Assembly: GCA_965267195.1 (NCBI GenBank)
Contig: OZ253942.1
Coordinates: 3,270,310-3,334,309 of the forward strand
Direction of reading: 5' to 3'
Length of the DNA stretch: 64,000 nucleotides
DNA from: Pseudomonadales bacterium
GTDB lineage: Bacteria > Pseudomonadota > Gammaproteobacteria > Pseudomonadales > Azotimanducaceae
A model generated the notes under the pieces. The model was given only the letters and a program-made list of their open reading frames with translations. It did not search any database and was not told the DNA's origin. Below are positions 44,430 to 53,632 of this stretch, in pieces. The translations under genes were made by a program, and so were the position numbers. Numbering within the stretch: the first letter of the stretch is position 1; every line of letters starts with the position of its first letter.

Positions 44430-44816
44430 TTAAGCAGCGCCGCCGCACTTACCTTCACCACACTTACCTTCGCCGCCAGCTTTCTCGCCGCCGCACTTGC
44501 CTTCACCACATTTGCCTTCGCCGCACTTACCTTCGCCTCCAGCTTTTTCGCCGCCGCATTTGCCTTCACCGCATTTGCCTTCGCCGCACTTGCCTTCGCC
44601 TTCAGCTTTTTCGCCGCCGCACTTACCTTCGCCGCATTTGCCTTCACCACACTTGCCTTCGCCGTGGCCACCGGCAACCTGCATGTAGCCGCCCTGGAGT
44701 TCAGTCATACCGAATGGGTTGGTGTCCGCAATGGCCATGGGCGACAGCGCCAGGCTAGCTCCAAGAGCGGTACCAACTGCGATGGAAAGGGTCTTCTTTG
44801 TGTTCTTGGGTGTCAT
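44430..44816 (-). CDS. secreted Cys-rich repeat precursor (11 x EGKCG), putative MNIO substrate / metallophore protein (HvfA-like)
   Basis: 128 aa. GAGGA sits 8 nt before the ATG. The Sec signal is MTPKNTKKTLSIAVGTALGASLALSPMAIA|D. All 11 Cys lie in EGKCG units, and the gene lies immediately upstream of the DUF692 gene. Confidence 0.85.
   Translation of the reverse strand: MTPKNTKKTLSIAVGTALGASLALSPMAIADTNPFGMTELQGGYMQVAGGHGEGKCGEGKCGEGKCGGEKAEGEGKCGEGKCGEGKCGGEKAGGEGKCGEGKCGEGKCGGEKAGGEGKCGEGKCGGAA
44442..44660 (-). repeat. in-frame nested tandem repeat (15-nt EGKCG unit inside a 63-nt 3-unit+linker period)
   Basis: The layout is 3+3+3+2 EGKCG units separated by GEKAEG / GEKAGG linkers. 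The units differ only at synonymous third positions (GGC/GGT, TGC/TGT, AAG/AAA). Confidence 0.95.
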
Positions 44817-45044
44817 GTAAAACGTCCTCTAGTTGATTTGTCCGCCGATACCACTCCTGGTAAGTCGGCCAGCTTTCATACAGATCAGTTAATGATCCTG
44901 TGTAATAAGACCTGTCATATGGACAGATGGTTTCATAGAGAAAACCACGATCGAAACGTTACAGCAATCTGCGAAAAACTGGTATGGCTGAACGTCTGGT
45001 TCAGGGAGGATTCAGTTTGAGGGACGTTTTGTAAGGATCTACTT

Positions 45045-45082
45045 ACAAAAAAGGCCGCAACCATACTGGATGGCGCGGCCTT
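45045..45082 (-). terminator. Rho-independent terminator of the EF-G paralog gene
   Basis: On the minus strand AAGGCCGC...GCGGCCTT forms the stem, with an inner CCAT/ATGG extension. TTTTTTG follows, 20 nt after the stop at 45102. Confidence 0.8.
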
Positions 45083-45101
45083 CATTGAGAGCTTTGCTGG
45101 G

Positions 45102-47183
<2,082 letters not shown>

Positions 47184-47326
47184 CACAATGGCTCGTGTCT
47201 AAGTTCATTTCATATGTTCGGGTAGTCCAGGGAGACCCTGGCGAGGGGGCCAAAAACACCGAAATTCAGGTGTTTTCGCGCGCGCATCATATATCAACGC
47301 CCAGTCATGTTCCAGATGGGTTTCTT

Positions 47327-47349
47327 AAAATTTCCTGGACTGCAGGAAA
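47327..47349 (-). terminator. candidate terminator after the DUF5916-like gene
   Basis: 7-bp stem TTTCCTG/CAGGAAA with a 5-nt loop. On the minus strand TTTTAAGAAA follows, about 34 nt after the stop at 47383. Confidence 0.45.
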
Positions 47350-47382
47350 GAATCTAACCTATTGAAATATATAGATATTTGG

Positions 47383-49860
47383 TTAGTTGCCGAATCGATA
47401 TCTAAGCTTGACCACAAAAGAGTCGACCTGGGGGTCGTCAAGGGTGTCACTGAACAGGTCCGAAAAGCTGTCTTCCTGGCGTGGCGCCAGCCGATTACCG
47501 CGGTTGTAGACCACAAACAGGTCGGTCAGCGGCGCGATTTCCCATCGATATCGCAGCTGCGCGGTGAGCAGACTGACGGTGAAATCATGGTCGGGCAAGG
47601 TTGGATTCGCGGGGATGAGTTCGCCGTCCCCTGGAGGGACCGCATAGAACCCCTGTTCATCGGCACGGACACCAGCCCACTGCAGAGAGAATCGAAGCTG
47701 ATGCCGGGGCGCCATAAACCAGTTGGCTTCGATCTTGGGCTGCCAGTCGATGGCATCGTAAGCGCCGAAGTTGTTGCGACCCTGGTAGACCAGCCAACCA
47801 TCGCGGCGCTTGTACTTCACATCAAGCTTCATCTCCAGGTTAGGTGTGGGTCTTGCGGTGACACCCATTGAATACTGCTGCGTCCAGTCGCCCAGATCTT
47901 CCTGAAGGCCTCCGATGCTAAACGACCAGGTCAGCATTTTGCTGGCATCTGTCGTCCACAATATGTTCCACCAGACCCTGTCCTCCGCTTTGTAGGCGCC
48001 ATTACCTCTTGAGTCGATGTCCTCGTATCTTTCCGGCAGGTAGGCCAGTGCAGTTTGAAAGGTATTCCTCCCCGGGATCTCGATTCTGTTGCGCCAGTAA
48101 ATTCCGCTATCAACGACCTGACCTTTACTGATGTTGTATTGCTGGCGGACGGTGACGGCGCCGCGGAATGCTTTCAGGTAAGCATCGGGTGCTGCGTGCG
48201 CATAGCGAAAGATGTACTGCAGACCGCCATAGTCATTTCGCCGGAGAAAACCCAGGTCATTGATCTCGACCTCTTCGTCGAAGTAATCCAATTCAACTTT
48301 GTGCTGGAACCTTGAGCTGGGCGCATAGGTCACATCGACCAAAGCGCCTTGACCTGTGATGTCATCGACATCGCTGTGCATCAGTTGAAGATCGGTACTC
48401 CATCGGCCATCGCTGGTGCCGAAGTGCGCATCGAGTCCGTGTACGGAGGCATCGTAGATCGGACCCTGGGTGAAGGTTCCTAGGTATCCGATGGCATAGC
48501 GGTTGCGCTCCGATCTTTCATAGCTCACCCGCGCGACGGCAAAGTCTCGACCATCATCTTCAATGTCGACTTCGTTGCCACTCAGATCAATGCCAAGCCA
48601 CTCCACATCATCTTCGAATGCAGCCAGCATGCCGTATCTGAGATCACCACTCTGTCCCGTGGTCTTGATGGCACCGAGCAGATCCGTTGGCAGGCCGGGT
48701 TCCCCTCGCTTGGGAATCACACCAGGTTCGAGCGTAACCTGGGTGGCGGTGCCACCGATGCGACGGGTGTTTAACAGGGAGATAGGCGGCTGAACAAAGT
48801 CGCTCACGAAAACTCTGCGGGATGTGGTCGCGAAGTTTTCGTTGGTCACTTCTCGAAGGGCGTTGCCACTGTTTGCGCGTGGTGTGGTGACAAAAATTTC
48901 ATTGCCTTCCAGGAAAAACAGACGTTTCTCCGGGAAGAAGGTTTCGAATGCCGTGAGGTTGAGCACGACGTTATCAGCTTCTACTGCGCCAAAGTCCGGA
49001 TTGAGGCTTGCGGTGAGTTCTAGACGAGATGACGGTTTCCAGGTGATGTCAGCGCCAACGTTCAATTCGTTTTCATCGCGCGCGTTATCCACTTCATCAG
49101 AGATATAAGGAATGAACGAGAAAGACTGTCTCGGCTCAACACCTTCGAGGTGCATGGTATTTAGAGCGGTAACAAATTGTGGCGATGAGTAAGTGTGACC
49201 CGGCCAGTAGTAGCGTTCGTTTTTGAACGACACGGTTCTGCTGAGGGCGAAACCTACCTGCCGGGTGCCCGATTGCTCAGGCAGGCTCATCATCGACCAG
49301 GGGTAAAAGATCTCAACACTCCAGCCGTCCTCATTGATGGCCGACTTGTATAGCCAGGGTCCGTCCCAGTCGCTTGAATAACGACGCTCCGGCAAAACCT
49401 TGCCGTCCATGACCACGTCTCCGGGACTCAGGGAAAACCAGAAGGCATAGGTGCCGTCACCGGTGGGATCTATGGTGACGCCGAATGAGTCTCTGTCTGA
49501 TTGCTGGTCCCGCTTCGTCATTCGATGGACGACGGTGTCCGGCGGCTGGTACATGATCGAACTGATGAACAGACCTTTCTCCGTCGCCAGCAGGCGGTTC
49601 TCCGTTTTGTATTCTCCAGGGTCACCGGTCGCAGGTACGGATACCAGCATGTTGTCGAACCAGGGCACCTCTTGCCAGATGGCTTCATCAACGATGCCAT
49701 CCAACTGAATCTCTACGTCTTCATGAGGCCGCGTCTGTACACTGATGTAGTGCATGGGAATGCCATCCAGCTCACCCTTGAGTTCCTGCTGGCCTCGAGG
49801 TGATTCCGCCTGGGCTACTGCACAAGCGATCAATAGAGCCATGATGAGTTGAATACGCAT
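47383..49860 (-). CDS. large secreted/outer-membrane protein, CBM9/DOMON-like N-domain plus DUF5916-like beta-rich body
   Basis: ~825 aa. The signal peptide MRIQLIMALLIACAVAQA|E appears from the ATG at 49860; the tracked GTG at 49926 adds 22 non-signal residues. The N-terminal D/W-rich module (WQEVPWF..., DGWSVEIFYPW) is followed by long beta-strand-like alternation. The family assignment is from memory. Confidence 0.65.
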   Translation of the reverse strand: MRIQLIMALLIACAVAQAESPRGQQELKGELDGIPMHYISVQTRPHEDVEIQLDGIVDEAIWQEVPWFDNMLVSVPATGDPGEYKTENRLLATEKGLFISSIMYQPPDTVVHRMTKRDQQSDRDSFGVTIDPTGDGTYAFWFSLSPGDVVMDGKVLPERRYSSDWDGPWLYKSAINEDGWSVEIFYPWSMMSLPEQSGTRQVGFALSRTVSFKNERYYWPGHTYSSPQFVTALNTMHLEGVEPRQSFSFIPYISDEVDNARDENELNVGADITWKPSSRLELTASLNPDFGAVEADNVVLNLTAFETFFPEKRLFFLEGNEIFVTTPRANSGNALREVTNENFATTSRRVFVSDFVQPPISLLNTRRIGGTATQVTLEPGVIPKRGEPGLPTDLLGAIKTTGQSGDLRYGMLAAFEDDVEWLGIDLSGNEVDIEDDGRDFAVARVSYERSERNRYAIGYLGTFTQGPIYDASVHGLDAHFGTSDGRWSTDLQLMHSDVDDITGQGALVDVTYAPSSRFQHKVELDYFDEEVEINDLGFLRRNDYGGLQYIFRYAHAAPDAYLKAFRGAVTVRQQYNISKGQVVDSGIYWRNRIEIPGRNTFQTALAYLPERYEDIDSRGNGAYKAEDRVWWNILWTTDASKMLTWSFSIGGLQEDLGDWTQQYSMGVTARPTPNLEMKLDVKYKRRDGWLVYQGRNNFGAYDAIDWQPKIEANWFMAPRHQLRFSLQWAGVRADEQGFYAVPPGDGELIPANPTLPDHDFTVSLLTAQLRYRWEIAPLTDLFVVYNRGNRLAPRQEDSFSDLFSDTLDDPQVDSFVVKLRYRFGN

Positions 49861-49990
49861 TGAATTTATTCTGAGTGAGTCACTAACCCCCGTCCACGAA
49901 CATAGTTTTACGTTATGCCGTGCCACCGTGGTGTGATCTGTGTCAGTTGTTGAACTGGATTAATGAGTGATTTTCAGTAACCTGCGCCGC

Positions 49991-50584
49991 ATGAATGATC
50001 TAAAGACTGAGAAAGCATCTATTCCCATAGACCTGTTGAGTGAAGGTGCTAGCCCTTTGATATCAGCGTGGTTTGAGCTGGTTCATCTGAAGCAGCTGTT
50101 CCGTAAAGGATGGCTTGAGCGAGGGATACCTGAGCAAAGGTGTGAGTCCGTTGCAGAGCATACGTTTGGCAACGTCATGTTATGTGTACTGCTGGCTGAT
50201 CAATTCCCCGATCTGGACGGAGAAAAGGTTCTCAGGCTGGCGGTACTGCATGATATCGGAGAGGCGTATGTTGGTGACATCACGCCTCAGGATCGCGTCG
50301 ATTCGGAAGAAAAATCAAAAAGAGAGTCCGAAGCGGTAGAAAAGATCTTAAGCAAACTGCCAAACGGTGAGCGACTGATTAACGATTGGCACGAATATGA
50401 GCACCAGTCTTCACCGGAGGCTCGGTTCGTCAAACAAATCGACAGACTAGAGCTTGCCATGCAGGCAAGCGTTTATAAGAAGCAGGGTCTCGTTGATCCG
50501 GAAGACTTTATGGCATCCGCGGAGCGCCACCTGAAAGCACCGCCCATGCTTGAAATCATGGAGGCGCTTAGGGCGCTCAAATAG
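49991..50584 (+). CDS. HD-domain hydrolase (YfbR-like 5'-deoxynucleotidase family)
   Basis: ESVAEHTF and VLHDIGEAYVGDITP motifs. The ATG at 49991 is preferred over the GTG at 49967. Confidence 0.8.
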   Translation: MNDLKTEKASIPIDLLSEGASPLISAWFELVHLKQLFRKGWLERGIPEQRCESVAEHTFGNVMLCVLLADQFPDLDGEKVLRLAVLHDIGEAYVGDITPQDRVDSEEKSKRESEAVEKILSKLPNGERLINDWHEYEHQSSPEARFVKQIDRLELAMQASVYKKQGLVDPEDFMASAERHLKAPPMLEIMEALRALK

Positions 50585-50597
50585 TCAGCGACGGAAA

Positions 50598-51431
50598 CTA
50601 ATTGCGCTCGGTATAGTTCGCCGTGCGTTTTTCCATCGTGGACATGACCGCTTCCACCTGGTTTGGTGTCCGGATGATGCCGTCCTGTAGAACAGATTCC
50701 TGCAAGAGCATTTCAGCGTCGGTCATGTCTGATGCGGAGTTGAAAATTTTCTTGGCTGCAACGATAGCGTCAGGATTTTTGCCGGCGATTTCTCTCGCCA
50801 AAGCTAGCGCATCCTCCAGAGGTGTCTCAGAGGTTCTCGTAACAAAACCCAATTCCTGGCCTTCGACCGCATTGAACTGTCGGCCGGTATAAGTCAGTTC
50901 CCTGACCACATCTTCGCGGGCCAGATTCCGCATGATCGCTGTACCCGCCATGTCGGGGACAAGACCCCATTTGATTTCCATCACGGACATTCGGGTTTCA
51001 GGATGAGCGATGCGAATGTCACTGCCTAGCATAATCTGAAAACCACCGCCGAAAGCGACTCCGTGAACCGCGGCGATAACTGGAACAGGTGATTCCCGCC
51101 ACGTCCAAACGGCGTACTGAGCGCGATTACTTATCCCATGTGTTCGAGGCTCGAGTCCCTTGGTGACATCTGAACCGCCTTTCTTTTCGGAACCTTTGTC
51201 TGAACCGCTCTCGGCCATTTTCCCAAAGCTGCCCATGTCGAGACCTGCACAGAACGCGCGACCTTCGCCTGACAGAACAATGCAGCGAACGGAAGTGTCA
51301 GCAGCGAGTGTTTGTCCTGCTTCGATCAACGCACTGAACATGGCGTCGTCCAGAGCGTTCATCTTGTCACTTCTGATCATGCGCACATCTGCGACACCAT
51401 CGTTAACCTCAATAGAAATTCGATCTTTCAT
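50598..51431 (-). CDS. enoyl-CoA hydratase/isomerase (crotonase) family protein
   Basis: 277 aa. FCAGLDM and AAVHGVAFGGGFQIMLGSDIRIA are crotonase-fold motifs. Carries a Gly/Ser/Lys-rich insertion. Confidence 0.88.
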   Translation of the reverse strand: MKDRISIEVNDGVADVRMIRSDKMNALDDAMFSALIEAGQTLAADTSVRCIVLSGEGRAFCAGLDMGSFGKMAESGSDKGSEKKGGSDVTKGLEPRTHGISNRAQYAVWTWRESPVPVIAAVHGVAFGGGFQIMLGSDIRIAHPETRMSVMEIKWGLVPDMAGTAIMRNLAREDVVRELTYTGRQFNAVEGQELGFVTRTSETPLEDALALAREIAGKNPDAIVAAKKIFNSASDMTDAEMLLQESVLQDGIIRTPNQVEAVMSTMEKRTANYTERN

Positions 51432-51437
51432 TGGTTC

Positions 51438-52496
51438 CTATCCATCTTTCTTTTCATCATTCGGTTCGTTGAGAGAAGCCTCGATTTCCTGCAGCCTTCT
51501 CTCCGCATCGTTCTTTTCACGCTCAAGTGAAGAAGTGTCGACCTTGCTGTTGGCTTTGAGCTTTGCCTCGATCTCCATAAGCCTGGCTTTGGCGGCTTTC
51601 TTTTCCTGTTTTAGAGATTCTTTTTCCGCTGCACTGTCGGCTTTGTCGAAAATAACTTCTTCAGCGGTGCTTTCTTCCAGTCTACCCGAATCTTCTCGAT
51701 AGTCTCTGGGGATCATCTGTTTGTCTTCTGCCAGTGCACGTTGGTTCATGAAATTGGGTGAAACGATTTCAACGCCGTTACGGTGTAAGACTGACAATAT
51801 CTTTTTCCGAAGATTCGATTTTGCCGTAAGCAGTTTGCTCACGTCTTCGAAGAATCCACCAACCCGATAGGAAACTGAAAAGTCTCCCAGTTCTCCAACC
51901 AGAACGAATGAATCGGTCAGGCCTGCATCGTTTGCCGCCTGAATCAACAGCTCCTCGATACGACGATGTGAGATGTCATAACCCAGTGACAGGGTGGCTG
52001 AAATAATAGTCCCGGAGTCGTGTACAACTGTCACCGGATTCGTCACAAGGAACAGGTTAGGCACGGTTGCGAGGTCTCGGTCTTCGGTTTGTATTTCCGT
52101 GTGAAAGAGTCCGCGTTCTGTAACCCGACCGAACATGTCCTGGCTTCGGATAAAGTCGCCGGGATGAAAACTGTTCACAGCTCGGAGCATCAACCCTGCC
52201 ATGATGTTCGCGACAAAGGTGGTTGAAGACAGCGCGATGACCGCGGTGATGACGATACCAAGCAGGCTAAGAATTTGTCCGCGACTGGTTTCGCTGATCG
52301 GCAGCATGAAGATAACCATCAGAACCCCGGCTGCGGTCGACATGAGTAGCAGTACCTGTCGAAACACCGGAATCTCTCCGGGTTGGTTTCTGCGCAGCAG
52401 AAAATTCATGAGAGCGAGCAGCACAACAACGATCACCAGGGTCAAAAGGGCTGGTGCCATTCCGAGCGCGTATTGAATGAGAAGCGTCGTATCCAT
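51438..52496 (-). CDS. mechanosensitive ion channel (MscS family) with charged coiled-coil C-terminal tail
   Basis: 352 aa with ~3 TM segments, then the MscS beta-domain signature (PGDFIRSQDMFGRVTERGLFHTEIQTEDRDLATVPN). The C-terminal ~80 aa is K/E-rich. Confidence 0.82.
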   Translation of the reverse strand: MDTTLLIQYALGMAPALLTLVIVVVLLALMNFLLRRNQPGEIPVFRQVLLLMSTAAGVLMVIFMLPISETSRGQILSLLGIVITAVIALSSTTFVANIMAGLMLRAVNSFHPGDFIRSQDMFGRVTERGLFHTEIQTEDRDLATVPNLFLVTNPVTVVHDSGTIISATLSLGYDISHRRIEELLIQAANDAGLTDSFVLVGELGDFSVSYRVGGFFEDVSKLLTAKSNLRKKILSVLHRNGVEIVSPNFMNQRALAEDKQMIPRDYREDSGRLEESTAEEVIFDKADSAAEKESLKQEKKAAKARLMEIEAKLKANSKVDTSSLEREKNDAERRLQEIEASLNEPNDEKKDG

Positions 52497-52570
52497 GCCG
52501 ATACTTTACTACAGTGTCTGCGATCGATTTGCTATAGTGCCTGACGCATCCAGTCCGGTATCAATGAAGT

Positions 52571-53617
52571 ATGCGGACCGTCTTTCCGATGATTCCCGTC
52601 GCCAATAGTCGAGTGATTGCGAGCTTGCTGCTCGCGGTATCGATTCTGCTTGTTCAAAATACTTTTGCCGCAGAGGCTCGCCCCGTGCGCATTACACAGG
52701 TAGCGCAGGAGCCGGTGAGCAGAACGATCAGTACTTTCGGTGTTCTGGCACCCAGGGTTGAAGATCTCTCTTTTAGAACTCGTGGCCGAATCGCTGCGTT
52801 CAATGTCATTGAAGGGCAGCGAGTCCAAAAGGGTCAGGAACTGGCCATCCTGGAAACCCAGAATGCAGAAGACGCGCTTAATCAGTCACGAATTCGCTTT
52901 GAGCAGGCATCAAGACAGTTAGAGCGGTTCGAGAAGTTGGCAGAAGAAAACATGATCCAGGAATCTCAGCTGGAACAGGCCATTGGTGAGATGGAATCGG
53001 CGACCATTGCACTACAGCAGGCGGAACTGGAGCTCGATCGATGTACGCTTCGCGCACCCGCAGAAGGCGTGATATTAAAAGAGTATCTAGATTCCAGAAC
53101 GACCGTCGCTGCAGGGCATCCCATCTATTCGTTTCGTGATGCCTCAAGACCCTGGATTACTGAGGTTGAACTGACGGACCAGAACGCTTTTATTTTTGGG
53201 CTGGGTGCTACAGCACAGGCTCGCTTTGCGCCTTACCCTGGAGAGACATTTGCAGGGACGCTCACCAAGCAGGCTGGCATCGCTGACAAGAACAACGGGC
53301 TCTATACCGTTGAAATCACGATCGACACGCAGGGCAGAGAGCTCAGACCCGGCATGGTGGTTGAAGTTGATCTCCTGCACGAAACTGAAGAGACGTTCAG
53401 CACAGTTCCCCTGGATGCTTTGGTGGATGTGCGTGGTCATCGCGGTGTGATTTATCTGTTAGACGAAGAAGATAGTCGAGCAAGAGAAATTCCCATTCAT
53501 ATTGTTGCCATTACTGGGGGCAGCGTGGCGATCGCTGAACCAATTCCGGCAGGTACCAGTGTCGTGGTTCGCGGGCAGCAGAGTCTGCGCGACATGACGC
53601 CGGTCAAGGTCATCTGA
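52571..53617 (+). CDS. RND efflux periplasmic adaptor (membrane fusion protein)
   Basis: 348 aa with a signal/anchor, a coiled-coil hairpin region and a beta-barrel C-terminus. Lies directly upstream of the RND permease. Confidence 0.88.
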   Translation: MRTVFPMIPVANSRVIASLLLAVSILLVQNTFAAEARPVRITQVAQEPVSRTISTFGVLAPRVEDLSFRTRGRIAAFNVIEGQRVQKGQELAILETQNAEDALNQSRIRFEQASRQLERFEKLAEENMIQESQLEQAIGEMESATIALQQAELELDRCTLRAPAEGVILKEYLDSRTTVAAGHPIYSFRDASRPWITEVELTDQNAFIFGLGATAQARFAPYPGETFAGTLTKQAGIADKNNGLYTVEITIDTQGRELRPGMVVEVDLLHETEETFSTVPLDALVDVRGHRGVIYLLDEEDSRAREIPIHIVAITGGSVAIAEPIPAGTSVVVRGQQSLRDMTPVKVI

Positions 53618-53632
53618 GGCTGAGTTAGGGTT

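Noticed and set aside
44442-44660. Tandem 15/63-nt repeats considered as a CRISPR array or non-coding satellite.
   Set aside because: There are no unique spacers. The repeats are contiguous, in frame, and vary only at synonymous positions inside a well-formed ORF.
44408-45020. Alternative ORFs over the repeat: 44408..44677 (-) 'KANAAKVSAAAKKL...', 44424..45020 (+) 'AALTFTTLTFAA...' and 44497..44688 (+) 'LPSPHLPSP...'.
   Set aside because: These are frame shadows of the GC-rich tandem repeat. They lack a signal peptide, RBS and operon logic. The 44430..44816 frame has GAGGA plus ATG, a Sec signal and the Cys motif expected of an MNIO substrate.
44919-45020. A 33-aa plus-strand ORF (MDRWFHRENHDRNVTAICEKLVWLNVWFREDSV) in the region upstream of the precursor gene.
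   Set aside because: It has no Shine-Dalgarno, it is the tail of a repeat-shadow frame, and nothing about it is recognisable.
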